A stretch of 62,068 nt of DNA, filler included, from Candidatus Woesearchaeota archaeon (GTDB lineage Archaea > Nanobdellota > Nanobdellia > Woesearchaeales > BM511), in assembly GCA_023266675.1 (NCBI GenBank). It is 5 parts of 5 records of this genome, joined end to end, with 100 filler letters (N's around TTAATTAATTAA, not from the genome) between each part and the next. Parts side by side here need not be neighbours in the genome. Positions count along the whole stretch, not along the records: positions 1 to 21,924 come from JAHFPP010000015.1; 4 more parts are not named here. One strand, written 5' to 3'. The notes under the pieces are model-generated. The model was not told the DNA's origin. It did no database searches and was given only the letters and a program-made list of their open reading frames with translations. Position 1 is the stretch's first letter, and every line of letters begins with the position of its first letter. The translations under genes were made by a program, and so were the position numbers. Shown one piece after another: positions 7,975-19,300 of this stretch.

Positions 7975-10182
7975 ATGATTAAAGATTTTGAACCAAGATT
8001 GTATCAGCAGACTATTTTGGCTACGTGTGCGCTAAAAAACACGCTTGTGGTTCTGCCAACGGGTCTTGGCAAGACTAATATTTTTTTGATGCTTGCAGCG
8101 CAAAGATTAAAGCAGTATCCTGATTCAAAAATCATGCTTCTTGGGCCAACTAGACCGCTTATTGACCAATATCTTGAGGCTTTTAAGAAGAATTTTGAGA
8201 TTGATGAAAGCAAAATGGTTGTTATCACCGGATTTGTTGACCCTGATAAGCGAAAAGAGATTTACAAAAATGTCAAGATAGTGTTTTCAACGCCTCAGAC
8301 TATTGAAAATGATATCATTACACACCGTATTGATTTGAAGGATTTTTCTTTGCTTGGAATTGACGAAGCTCACCGTTCAGTTGGTGATTACTCTTATAAT
8401 TTTATCTCAAAACAGTACGAAAAAACCGCTGATTTTCCAAGGATTATTGCTATGACTGCAAGTCCTGGTTCTGATCTTGAAAAAATTAATGAAGTCATGA
8501 AAAACCTACATATTGAGGCAATTGAAGTGCGTGAGGAAGACTCGCCGGATGTCAAACCTTACATGCAGAAAGTTGACATGAAATGGATTGAAGTTCATCT
8601 TCCAAAGGATTTCTTGGATACAAAGAAGTTTTTTGATGACTCTCTTAAAACAAAATTAAAGGAGATGAAAGATCTTGAGTTAATACAGTCTTATCAGACA
8701 AGTTCTTTGTCGCGTAAAGAGCTTATTTCGCTTCAGGGAAGCCTCCATGCAAGGCTTTCAACTGGCGAGAAAGGTCCTGAGATAATGAGAGGGCTCTCCT
8801 TGATTGCAGAGTGCATGAAAATTGAGCACGCGCTTGAGCTTTTGGAGTGCCAGGGGATAGAGTCGCTTCATGAATACATCACGAATATAATGGAGGATGC
8901 AAAAACTACCAAAGTTCGCGCAACTATTAATCTTGCAAGAGATTTGTATTTTAGGTCTGCTGCAATAAAAGTTGAAAATATATTCAAATCTGGTATTGAG
9001 CATCCAAAGCTTAATCGCCTTAAGGAGTTGATTACTGATAAAATTACTGCAAACAAGAAAGTTATTGTTTTTACACAGTTTCGTGATACAGGAAAGATTA
9101 TTGTCAACTCGCTCTCAAAGATTGATGGAATAAAGCCGAAGCTTTTTGTAGGGCAAATGAAGAAGAAAGATTCAGGGTTATCGCAGAAAAAGCAAAAAGA
9201 GATGCTTGATGAATTTAGAATAGACGGTTTTAATGTTCTCGTTGCAACTAGCGTTGGTGAGGAAGGTCTTGATATTCCCAAGGTTGATTATGTTATTTTC
9301 TACGAACCTATTCCTTCAGCAATAAGACATATTCAAAGGCGCGGGCGTACAGGACGCATGGATGATGGTGAAGTTTATGTTTTGATGACAAAAAATACCA
9401 GGGATGAAGCGTATAAGTGGAGCGCGCATCATAAGGAGAAAAGGATGCATGATATCTTGTCAAAGCTACAAAAAAGCTTTGATACAACTTCTTCTTCAAG
9501 AAATAATTCGCTTACAAAGTATATAACTGAGAAGGAAGATATAACAATTTTTGCTGACCACCGTGAAAAGGCTAACGGCTGCATAAAAGAGCTTGTTTCG
9601 ATGGGTGTCAAAATAACTCTTGAAACGCTTGAAATAGGAGATTTTTTGCTTTCGTCGCGTGTCGCTGTTGAATTCAAGAAAGTTCAGGATTTTGTAGATT
9701 CAATAATTGACGGACGCCTTTTGCAGCAGCTGAAAAATCTTAAAAAATATGAGAAACCGCTTATAATAATTGAAGGAAAAGAGGATTTATACTCCCAAAG
9801 AAACATTCATCCAAACGCTATTCGCGGAATGCTTGCAACAATAACTGTTGATTATGGCATTCCAATTATAAGGACTGACTCTGCCAAGGAAACTGCATCA
9901 TTAATGGCTGTTATTGCCAAGCGTGAGCAGACTGACGAAAAGAATAAAGATTTCTCACTTCACACAAATAAACCAATTTCAGACAGGGAGCTTCAGGAAT
10001 ATATTGTTTCTTCGCTTCCTGGTGTTGGTGCAACCTTATCAAAACCGTTACTTGAGCGATTTAAAACTGTTAGAAAAATTTTTAATGCCTCTGAAGAAAG
10101 TTTGCAAAGAGTTGATTTGATTGGTGAAAAGAAAGCTAAAAGAATAAGAGATATTCTTGACAAAGATTATAATGAAGAATAA
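7975..10182 (+). CDS. hef: Hef (FANCM/XPF-type) DEAH helicase-nuclease
   Basis: LPTGLGKT, DEAH, TASPG, QRRGRTGR, ERCC4 domain (GDF..VEFK...D) and HhH pair. Confidence 0.95.
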   Translation: MIKDFEPRLYQQTILATCALKNTLVVLPTGLGKTNIFLMLAAQRLKQYPDSKIMLLGPTRPLIDQYLEAFKKNFEIDESKMVVITGFVDPDKRKEIYKNVKIVFSTPQTIENDIITHRIDLKDFSLLGIDEAHRSVGDYSYNFISKQYEKTADFPRIIAMTASPGSDLEKINEVMKNLHIEAIEVREEDSPDVKPYMQKVDMKWIEVHLPKDFLDTKKFFDDSLKTKLKEMKDLELIQSYQTSSLSRKELISLQGSLHARLSTGEKGPEIMRGLSLIAECMKIEHALELLECQGIESLHEYITNIMEDAKTTKVRATINLARDLYFRSAAIKVENIFKSGIEHPKLNRLKELITDKITANKKVIVFTQFRDTGKIIVNSLSKIDGIKPKLFVGQMKKKDSGLSQKKQKEMLDEFRIDGFNVLVATSVGEEGLDIPKVDYVIFYEPIPSAIRHIQRRGRTGRMDDGEVYVLMTKNTRDEAYKWSAHHKEKRMHDILSKLQKSFDTTSSSRNNSLTKYITEKEDITIFADHREKANGCIKELVSMGVKITLETLEIGDFLLSSRVAVEFKKVQDFVDSIIDGRLLQQLKNLKKYEKPLIIIEGKEDLYSQRNIHPNAIRGMLATITVDYGIPIIRTDSAKETASLMAVIAKREQTDEKNKDFSLHTNKPISDRELQEYIVSSLPGVGATLSKPLLERFKTVRKIFNASEESLQRVDLIGEKKAKRIRDILDKDYNEE

Positions 10183-10225
10183 TAATTTTTAAGAAAATGA
10201 TATTGCATAAAGTTTATATGATTTT

Positions 10226-10765
10226 TTAGCTGTTGCATAGAAATAGTTTCATTATTACTGTTCCTCCGCCGCCTTTTAGAGGTGATGGTTGTGAGCCTTC
10301 ATTTCCAGGTTTGTCAGGTGTACATCCACCTTCTGAGATTTCAAGATATATTTTTGATACTCCGCCGCTTACTTTTGTTATTGTAAAATAATATGGCTTT
10401 TGCCATGTGGAGAGTGTTGAACTTAAAATGTTGTATATAGTCCTATTTACTAGATAGGTAGAATTTTTGTATTCAAGCTTGTTTGATATGTCTAATGCGC
10501 ACGTAATTTTCTGTTCCAAAACCATGTCTCTTACTAAGTCATCCATACGAATTTTTTTACCTTTTGGTGGTTCACAGTCAAGTTTTATATATTTGATTGC
10601 GTCAATTGTATTTTGGGCAAGTTCCACGTTTTGTGGATTTACTGACAATAAGTCCTTGTTTTCCTTGTTTGATGTTGTTACCATGAAAAACATCCCCATA
10701 GCCATTAGGAAAACTATGAATATTAAACCAAGAACCTCCATCTGGCTTTTTTTATAAAATCTCAT
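10226..10765 (-). CDS. class III signal-peptide (type IV pilin-like) protein
   Basis: KKSQMEVLGLIFIVFLM N-terminus. Confidence 0.8.
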   Translation of the reverse strand: MRFYKKSQMEVLGLIFIVFLMAMGMFFMVTTSNKENKDLLSVNPQNVELAQNTIDAIKYIKLDCEPPKGKKIRMDDLVRDMVLEQKITCALDISNKLEYKNSTYLVNRTIYNILSSTLSTWQKPYYFTITKVSGGVSKIYLEISEGGCTPDKPGNEGSQPSPLKGGGGTVIMKLFLCNS

Positions 10766-11277
10766 CGAAGTTTTGAAAACCTCCTGTATTCCAGTACTCC
10801 AAATCTGTAATCATCATTTGTGACGTTATGTAGAGATATTGGTATGTATACAACCCTTGAGTAATTCATGTCTTCGGTATTATTGTAGAATGTCCATGAG
10901 TTTATCCATGCTCCGCTAAAAGTATCTAATTCCCTTATTGTTATTTGTGATGTGCCAAACCTGTAAACATAATACGCCCTGTCCAAATCTGATGGCGTAT
11001 TGGATATCCCATTCCAATGTTTTGTCATGATGTCAAGATTTATCAGGTCAATGCATGACTCGGTTACATCCCCGTTTTCTGTGCATAAAAGCTCCGGCAT
11101 AGAGGCTATCATAGTTTTGGAATCGACCAAAATATTTGTATCTGCCTGGTATGTTTTTGTTATTATCTTGTTTTTTTGTATCCCTGAATAGAATATTACT
11201 GCGATGACAAGCAAAAAGAAAAATATGACTAGTATGACAACGTTTTCTCCAAGCTGTATCTGCGCTTTTCTTTTCAT
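10762..11277 (-). CDS. class III signal-peptide (type IV pilin-like) protein
   Basis: KRKAQIQLGENVVILVIFFFLL N-terminus. Confidence 0.82.
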   Translation of the reverse strand: MKRKAQIQLGENVVILVIFFFLLVIAVIFYSGIQKNKIITKTYQADTNILVDSKTMIASMPELLCTENGDVTESCIDLINLDIMTKHWNGISNTPSDLDRAYYVYRFGTSQITIRELDTFSGAWINSWTFYNNTEDMNYSRVVYIPISLHNVTNDDYRFGVLEYRRFSKLR

Positions 11278-11308
11278 TTTGATTTTATTGGTTTATTATA
11301 AATTTGGT

Positions 11309-12403
11309 TTAATATATCATCGGGCATGAGCCAATCATTAAATCATTATTAGTTTCTTTTATTCCATCTTTTAATATATAAGATTCTTTATAGATATCAT
11401 CAAATTTTAAAAGAGGTGTTGCTGATTTTAAGTCTGAAAGCACGGTGTGAAATGATTTATCAATTTTTCCATAGTAAGTATAACATATAGACCATTGCCC
11501 GCCAGGATTAGAATTTGACAGATTGTAATACTTATGCAAATAGTCTGTTCTATTAATGTAGATTTCTGTGAGGGTTTTATATTTCTGCAAAGACTTGTTT
11601 ACATTGCATTCATAAAGTGATTCTTCCGAAATTATTGCACCTATAAGCATTGGAATTCCCATGTAATAAGAGGTAGAACCTATTGTTGTGGAACCTGCAT
11701 TATTCTTGTAGTAAATAACACTTCCTGACATCTGATTGGCAGTTAAACTAGGAATTATTTTTATTCCGGTAACATCTGAATTTCCTAAATTAAGTAATGA
11801 TACAGAATTGCTATTCATATTACTATTTATAAAAATAAATCTTTCTTTATAATTATTATTTTCTTTTACATCAGAAACAGTATTCCAAATTTTATAAGTT
11901 ATATTTACTGGAAGCTCTTTTAGTATATTGTTTAATAAAGATTGACACATTGCTTTATTAGGGCCGCTATAACAGTTAGAATCATTAATAAAGTTGTATC
12001 TTATATCTTTTGATGTGACATAAATAAAGTAATCGGCTTTATACGGCATCTCAAAGTATTTTGAGTAAGTCAGTATCTCTCTTCCTTTGACTACATCTGG
12101 AGAGAAAATTGTTTTGTATGGGAATATCTGGGAAAACGATGAATCTTTATTGTCGTCAAAGCATTTAAAATTTAAAGTTATTCCTGGAAGGCCTATTGTT
12201 CTTGTTGTGCCTACATCTATTTCGGATTGTGATACCACACTCTTAAAACTAACCTGTAAATCATTGTTTTTTTCAGCAGCTGAACTTTTGCCTGTCGTTT
12301 TGACTACACTTACAAAAAAAAGAAGTATAAGCACACCAACTATTAAGACAAATATCCATCCAAACTGCACTTCGATAGCTCCTTTTTTAGAAATATTTCT
12401 CAT
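11309..12403 (-). CDS. class III signal-peptide (type IV pilin-like) protein
   Basis: KKGAIEVQFGWIFVLIVGVLILLFF N-terminus. Confidence 0.82.
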   Translation of the reverse strand: MRNISKKGAIEVQFGWIFVLIVGVLILLFFVSVVKTTGKSSAAEKNNDLQVSFKSVVSQSEIDVGTTRTIGLPGITLNFKCFDDNKDSSFSQIFPYKTIFSPDVVKGREILTYSKYFEMPYKADYFIYVTSKDIRYNFINDSNCYSGPNKAMCQSLLNNILKELPVNITYKIWNTVSDVKENNNYKERFIFINSNMNSNSVSLLNLGNSDVTGIKIIPSLTANQMSGSVIYYKNNAGSTTIGSTSYYMGIPMLIGAIISEESLYECNVNKSLQKYKTLTEIYINRTDYLHKYYNLSNSNPGGQWSICYTYYGKIDKSFHTVLSDLKSATPLLKFDDIYKESYILKDGIKETNNDLMIGSCPMIY

Positions 12404-12415
12404 TTTATTTAAGAT

Positions 12416-12931
12416 TTATTCTGATACTTCAACGTATTTGCTCATGCCTTTTAATGTGAATGATACTTTTCCATTTGTATTGTTTATGCAAAGGAAATGA
12501 GTATTAACTGAATTTGGTACAACTATTTTTGTTTGAGTTTTAAACGCTTCAACGTCATTTACTGATTTGATAAGATATACATTATCCAAGACATTTGAAT
12601 ATAATGAATTTTGTATTAATGGATAAAGATTAGCATTAGCAGCAGATAAACTTGTTTTAGATGAACCAAAATCTGGGTTTACAAAACATACCTGCTTTAC
12701 ATCTTTTGGAAGGTAAAACTCGCCTTTTTGCACGCTGCCGTATTCTGATGCTGCAGAAGCGGCTTTTGCCTTTAAGTCTGTTTGAAAGTTGACAAATGAT
12801 ATTTTATCTGTGTCCTTTTTAACGCTGAATATGGCTTTTGCACCTATTATTAGAATTAAGCTCACAACTATTATTGCAAATATATAAATAAAAATTTGAG
12901 ACTGTATCTGCGCTTTTTTTTGTTTTGCCAT
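12416..12931 (-). CDS. class III signal-peptide (type IV pilin-like) protein
   Basis: KKAQIQSQIFIYIFAIIVV N-terminus. Confidence 0.82.
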   Translation of the reverse strand: MAKQKKAQIQSQIFIYIFAIIVVSLILIIGAKAIFSVKKDTDKISFVNFQTDLKAKAASAASEYGSVQKGEFYLPKDVKQVCFVNPDFGSSKTSLSAANANLYPLIQNSLYSNVLDNVYLIKSVNDVEAFKTQTKIVVPNSVNTHFLCINNTNGKVSFTLKGMSKYVEVSE

Positions 12932-12937
12932 TGTTGT

Positions 12938-15900
12938 TCACTTTTTTGATTTTTTAAAATGTTTTGTTATTTTCTGATTTTTGTCTTCCAAAAGCTCTTT
13001 GAATACTTCCCTGTGCTTTTGCTGCTTTTCTATAAGCTTGTCTATGTCTTCAGTGTTCGCATGTGATTTTAAATTTATCTTTTCAAGATTTTCTTCACCT
13101 GTGGTTTTGTGTGTTAGAATATCAAGCCTTGTTTTAACTTCTTCATCTGTTTTTGATTTTCCAAGTTTTTCAAGTGTTTCAAACACAGTTTCTTTCTGTA
13201 TTATTGATTCTAGTTTTTCGTCAGCTGATTTTATATTGTCTTGCTTTGTTTTTACCGGTAATTTATTTGCTTTTTTTTCTTTCTGTCTTTTTATTATGTC
13301 TTCCATGAGTCTCTTTGCATTCATAGAATTATTAATATCAAGTGGTATCGATTTCTCTTTTTCTGCTAATTTGGTTTCTTCTTTCTTATTATTTACATCT
13401 CCATCAAATGCAGAGAGTACTGATTTTCTTTTGCTAATTTTTTCTTCTTTTCTTTTTGAAATTATTGAATTTTGAAGCTCTATCCTTCTATTCATCATTT
13501 CTTGCATTTTCTGGTTTTGAGATTTTTGCTTTTGAATTACTGCTTCCCTTTTTTCAGGTGTCATCAATGATAGGTCAAGTGTTCCTTGAACTGAAGAATG
13601 TTGTGAAGATAATTGTCTTTGACTGAAATTGTTGACTTCTATTCTGTTTTTTATATACTTTTTATATAATATGTATCCGCCACTTCCAAACACCATGATA
13701 AGTCCGAGAGTTAAGAATATTATTCCAAAAATATGGTCTTTCAGATTAGTTGAAGTTTCTGGAGAAGTAGTTGTACTATCTGTATTATTGGATGTATTGC
13801 TTTCTTTTGGAAAATCGTTTGGATCAAGCGGGTCAGTTTCTGCATCAATCTCTACATTATCATTATAACTATCATTATCCGTATCAGATTTTGTCGGATT
13901 AGTGTGATGTGTATGAACTTCTTCTCCATCTTTTAATCCTTCACCATCAGTATCCTGCTTATTTGGGTTTGTATTGTAAATATATTCTTCAAAATCTGTT
14001 AGTCCGTCATTAACTGTATCCGACTTTCCATCATGCGATAGATCTCCAAAGTTTGTTGTTTCCCAAACATCATCCATACCATCATTGTCGCTGTCTTCAG
14101 GTCTTGTAATTTTATCAATTGGATTTGTTATTGAAGTTCTTTCACCACCGTCAACAATTCCGTCTCCGTCAGTATCTTCTTTTGTCGGGTCAGTTCCTGC
14201 CTGGTATTCTTCAAAATTTGTTAGTCCGTCATTGTCTTTGTCTAAATAAGCATCTTTTTTATCATTTGGATTAAGTCCGTATTTCGTTTCCCATGAATCA
14301 GGCATACCATCTCCATCAGAATCAGTTGTTGTATCGGTACCTAATTCGGTATTTCCGGTATTTTCAACTGTGCAGTTTCCTACTTCGCTTGTACATACAC
14401 TCCATCTTCCATTTTGGCATGTTTTAACTCCTGGTGTGCATGTAGCTGTGGTTTCTCCGCATGATTCAGTTATATTTTCAATTGTGCACTGTGTGCAGCT
14501 TTCTGTATTAAAACAGCTTGAATCTTCACAGTCTATTTTTGCATTACAGTTGTCATCAATATTATTGTCGCATATTTCATTTATATCAGGATTGATATTT
14601 GGATTTGTATCATCACAGTCAAGATAAGCCAGCACGCCGTCTCCATCTGTATCATTAAGATTTAATGTTTTATCTCTTGATAAACATGTTATATCTGTGA
14701 GTGCATCTCTGACAGTTATTGGAATGTTCTCTTCAGGGCCGATATTTCCGGCTTTGTCTATTGCTAGTATTTTAAGTGAATATGTGGATTGATCAAGTGA
14801 AAGATGGAGTCCGGTTATTTTTATATTATTAGTGGATGTTATTTCTCCTGTTTTCAATGCTTGTATGTCTTCCATTAGTGTATATTGGTATTTTGCAATA
14901 TCAGTATCGGTTGAATTTATTTTTCCTGAAATCTGATTTAATGAGCATACTGGATCAAGTGTGACAATTTGTACTACCGGAGGGGTTGTATCAATTGTAA
15001 ATTTTATGTCTGTGTTTTTAGATGCCGCATTTGGGAATTGGCATAAAACATGATATGTATGATCCCCTTGTGTTTGTGCAAAAAGAGTGAATAAATGATT
15101 AAGTTTTAGAATTTCAGGAAAGTTTCCAGAAGCATCTCCTGTGAATGAGCAGCTTGATGCCCGATTTGTTGTAATGTTTAGTGTTGGATTTAATGTTTTA
15201 ACATATCCCGTTGGCAAAGCAGACTCGATTATTCCGCCTAGACGTGAATTAATGTAAACATTATATGAGATTATTTGTGAAAAGTCTTCTGCTCCATTTT
15301 TGCATTGAACATAAAATGTGTAATTTGTTTCATCAGTTATTGCTGGGTTTGATGTTGAATTCAATAGTACGCTTTGTATTTCATTATAAGTTTCATCAGT
15401 ATTAAAGTTATAGTTCATGGAATCTGGCATAACAGGAGGGTATGAAGTTGAGTAAGAGAATTTGCAGTTTATCTTGTCTCTTTTAGTTGCAAGTAAAGCC
15501 GGATTTTTAGAATACGGAAGACTTTCTGCTGTAAGGTTAAAGGCATAATTGCTGTTAGTTATAGGCGTTATAGGTATTGTGTAAACGCTTATATTAGGTG
15601 GAGAGGTATCATACATTAGCGTAATTCTTTTTGGAAAATTATTGTTTGTAAATCCTTGTGTGTCATTGCATAAAACATAGATTGAAAGCTCTTCATCTTC
15701 CAGTACATAGAATGTTATGTCAAAAGGATTTTTATTAAATGTTTTTGCATCAGCGCCTTTTGTAAAAAACAGTTTTGTGTCTGTTATGTCTGCATAATCA
15801 TTTTGTGAATCAGTGATGTATTTGCATCCTTGCATAGCATTTGATGTATTTATTCTTAAGTCAATTGGATTATAGTTTGAGATTCCTGTTTTAGGAGTTA

Positions 15901-16282
15901 AGAGAGTTATATCAAATGAAACATTGACCTTGAATTTCTGCTGCTGTGACACATTGTTTCCTACATAATCAGAAGATGTTATTATAAAGACATAATCGCC
16001 GTTTGGAAGCGGATTTATTGGCTGATAAGAAAAAATGTAATCATATTTTAATGAAATGTCAGGAATTATATCAGGAATTGTTGGTATATCAGTAAGATTA
16101 TATGATATTGGCGTTATCAGTCCATCTGTTATCAGTGTTCGTTCAAGTACAGTAACCGGCTCTTTTTCGGTGTATTTTACTGAGATAGTAGGATACCTGG
16201 TTTTGGTTACCTCTGTTAATGTGTCACCTAAAACTGAGAAAGAGAGCAAAAATAATATGAATAAAAATATTATTTTTTTCAT
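12938..16282 (-). CDS. membrane-anchored surface protein: Ig-like repeats, Cys/Asp metal-binding motif, TSP3-like Ca-binding repeats, TM, charged cytoplasmic tail
   Basis: Signal peptide; DTTPP/DKAGN; DCDDTNPNINP..EICDNNIDDNCN; repeated DxDGDG..D..E..GTDP; TM GIIFLTLGLIMVFGSGGYILY. Confidence 0.85.
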   Translation of the reverse strand: MKKIIFLFILFLLSFSVLGDTLTEVTKTRYPTISVKYTEKEPVTVLERTLITDGLITPISYNLTDIPTIPDIIPDISLKYDYIFSYQPINPLPNGDYVFIITSSDYVGNNVSQQQKFKVNVSFDITLLTPKTGISNYNPIDLRINTSNAMQGCKYITDSQNDYADITDTKLFFTKGADAKTFNKNPFDITFYVLEDEELSIYVLCNDTQGFTNNNFPKRITLMYDTSPPNISVYTIPITPITNSNYAFNLTAESLPYSKNPALLATKRDKINCKFSYSTSYPPVMPDSMNYNFNTDETYNEIQSVLLNSTSNPAITDETNYTFYVQCKNGAEDFSQIISYNVYINSRLGGIIESALPTGYVKTLNPTLNITTNRASSCSFTGDASGNFPEILKLNHLFTLFAQTQGDHTYHVLCQFPNAASKNTDIKFTIDTTPPVVQIVTLDPVCSLNQISGKINSTDTDIAKYQYTLMEDIQALKTGEITSTNNIKITGLHLSLDQSTYSLKILAIDKAGNIGPEENIPITVRDALTDITCLSRDKTLNLNDTDGDGVLAYLDCDDTNPNINPDINEICDNNIDDNCNAKIDCEDSSCFNTESCTQCTIENITESCGETTATCTPGVKTCQNGRWSVCTSEVGNCTVENTGNTELGTDTTTDSDGDGMPDSWETKYGLNPNDKKDAYLDKDNDGLTNFEEYQAGTDPTKEDTDGDGIVDGGERTSITNPIDKITRPEDSDNDGMDDVWETTNFGDLSHDGKSDTVNDGLTDFEEYIYNTNPNKQDTDGEGLKDGEEVHTHHTNPTKSDTDNDSYNDNVEIDAETDPLDPNDFPKESNTSNNTDSTTTSPETSTNLKDHIFGIIFLTLGLIMVFGSGGYILYKKYIKNRIEVNNFSQRQLSSQHSSVQGTLDLSLMTPEKREAVIQKQKSQNQKMQEMMNRRIELQNSIISKRKEEKISKRKSVLSAFDGDVNNKKEETKLAEKEKSIPLDINNSMNAKRLMEDIIKRQKEKKANKLPVKTKQDNIKSADEKLESIIQKETVFETLEKLGKSKTDEEVKTRLDILTHKTTGEENLEKINLKSHANTEDIDKLIEKQQKHREVFKELLEDKNQKITKHFKKSKK

Positions 16283-16322
16283 AAAATTAATTCCCCTCTT
16301 CTTTTTTTAGTTATTATGTTAA

Positions 16323-19300
16323 TTATTCGGTGATAGTTATTGTACCGTTTGTTGGTGCAAGCAAATCTGAAACCAAGAGTACAGTGTAATATGCGGTGTT
16401 TTTAGCCTGGTCGGTTACATTGAACAGTAAATAATAAGGAATTTCCTGATTATTCGGTCCGTTAATTGGATAATTAAATACTGCGAAGTTGCCGTTTTCA
16501 AAGCATCCCCATGATTGTGTTGCTGTTAGGTTAGGTATATTTTTGCATGAAGATATAAGAGGCAGTGCACCGGATGCAATATTATTTGAATCTACTTTTG
16601 TTAAAAGTAGAGATTGTACATCAGAGCTTACATTTCCTCTAATATTCATTGATACCCCTCTGAATCTGACGTCTGTGTCATTTACAACTGTTGTTAAAGA
16701 ATTTAGTGATGATTCTATTTCTACTGTGCTAATCTGCCTATTTGGAGAGATATAAACTTTGAATGTTGTTATGTTTGTTACGATAAGATTTGGTAGTTCA
16801 TTGTCAATTGTTATTGAATATGGATTGCTGTTTTCATTTCCTGCCAAGTCTTTTAAGTAGAATATAAATGAATAAGTTGCTGAAGTTCTTGAGGCAACTT
16901 GCCAGTTATATTTATATGGTTCAAGCGAAAAGCTTGATGTTCCATTTTCAGGACGTAATGCTATTTTTCCGCTATTGTCGAAGTTTATTAATGCTTTAAG
17001 CTTCTTTTCCTTATTGAATATATTTACAACAAATGTTATGTTGACGTCACTTTTTATTCTTGGATTATAGGTAATATTAAAGCTTGGAGGTGTCTTGTCA
17101 ATTACAAAACGTCTCCATGCAATTCCTGTTGGCGGTGTTGTATTAAGGTTTTTTACAGCAGATATCTGTAAAGTGTAATCTTCATCGTTTAAATTTATCA
17201 AATTTGAGACAGGATTCTTAAATACGCAGTTAAATGAGTTAAGTGTACTTGCTGCTCTTGTGCAGTCAGCTGCGTCAATTGAAAGTGGAGGGGAAGTTTT
17301 TACTCCGTTTGTATAATTTTCCTTAAAAAGTGTTATGCTTGTAATATTAATGGAGACGTCAAAGTAATTTATGGTAAATGCAAGTGGAGAATTTATGAAC
17401 CATGCATTGATTCCGTCTTCTGCATAATTTTCTGATCTATTAAGTCCTGTAAAGCTAAAGTCAGGTTCGCTTGGCATATTAGGGTCAACATAAAAACTAA
17501 AGTTTGTTGATGCTTTGTTTCTTGCCAAATCCTTTAGCTTAAGGGAGACTACATGGTTTCCTTTTGAGAATTGTGTTGCCTGTGTTGGAGTATAGTTTAA
17601 TTTATATGTGTAAATATCGTTACCTGTATCTGCGTATGTCTGAGTGTATGTTGAATAAAGAGTATAGGCAGTTATCGGCTGATTGTCAACTGTAAAATTA
17701 ATGTCACTGGTTAAAATTCCTGCTCCGCTGTCATAGAAGTTAATCACAATTGACGTCATGTTGTTTCCTGTCTGTGTTCCGTCAGACGGCAAAGTTCCTG
17801 TCTGTATTACAGGTGGATTGTTGTCAAAGTAGATTGAGTAATCATTTGTTCGTGCTGTTTTTCCCATCTTATTTACAGATTCTGCATAAAAGGTACTTCG
17901 TCCTGGTAAAAGGTTTAGTCTTGCTCCAAACCAGTCATAAGGATATGGTTTGTTATAGACATTTATTGTATCGCTTAATGTTATGTCTTTTTCAATAGGA
18001 GGAGATACTGTAACGCTTGTTTTTGATGTGCCTGAATCATAACTTGATGAAGTGATACTGTAATATTCTCTGTAGTGTGTGTAGTTTTCTCTTTCTTTGC
18101 CAGCTATTGACGTATAGTTTCCTACAGGGAAGTATCTTCTTACGTCACCTTGAAAAGTTAGTATAGATTCTCCTTTTGTTATATCCCTAAAAACATGATA
18201 AGGTGCTGGGTTTGTTTCTTTTATAGCTGCATTTTGTGTTCTCGCATAATTGTTGAATGGAGTCAGGGAATTATTGTAAAAATTAATCATATTTTCTCTG
18301 CTTCTTCCTGTTATTAGCATATTTTTATCATTTGTATAATAAACAACTGACCCTCCTGTGGTTGTTAATGAATTGAATATGTCTGGATAACTTCCTTTAA
18401 GTGTTGGAAGATTTCCATTTTCAAATGTTGGGTCAAAAACAGGAATAGTTGGGGGAGTATTATCAATGCTGAATGTTTCAAATCCTGCGGATATTCCGCT
18501 TGATTTTATGCCGTGCGAGTCTGTTGATGATATGAAGAATTGTCCGATATTTGTTCCGCTTTGCACATCATGGTCAATTAATAAGTGCGCTGTTATATGC
18601 CCGTCTGGTCTGATTGTTAAAGTTAGCGGGTCAAACATTATTGTTTCTTTACTTCCGTCTACCTTTATTACCTTAAATCCTAAAACGTTGGCACCTGCAT
18701 CAAGACTTATTGTGTACCCTGGTATGCCTGAATTATATAAAGGATTTTTTATAGTGTTTATTTCAACAGTATATACCATATTGGAGCTTACTGTCCTTAC
18801 TTCTTCTCCGTCGGCTGTATAAATTCTGAATTCATATGTGAATGGGTCTTTGTCAAATTTTACAACTTTATCTTTTATGCTGTTTTCTACGTTTCCAAGC
18901 TTGTCTTTTCCGTTAAAATATATATGCGTTAAGTTGCTGTTTACAGGTATTAGACTTGTAAATGGAATCTTTGAGTTTGAATCAACTAGAGTAGGGTTTG
19001 CTGAGTTAAGATTTATGCTGTAATTTATTGTGTCGCATCCTGCTGACAGGTCAGTTGATCCAAATAATAATGGTGCATCTATGCATTTTATGTATAATCC
19101 TTGGAGCTCAGATATTGAGTTATACCATCCATTATTATCTGTTTTTAGATTAAAATCATTTCCATTGGAATCTACAAGTTTTGTTGTTGGCGCTGTATAA
19201 TCTATTGCAAAAATTGCTACGTCACCATTATTACCAAACACTTTATTTTTGTCAGTGTAATTGCATTTTATGTATATATTGTTTATTCCGATGCGTGCAG

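Noticed and set aside
9655..9700. Hef nuclease motif EFK instead of ERK as a sign of inactivation
   Set aside because: The catalytic D, E, K and downstream D are retained
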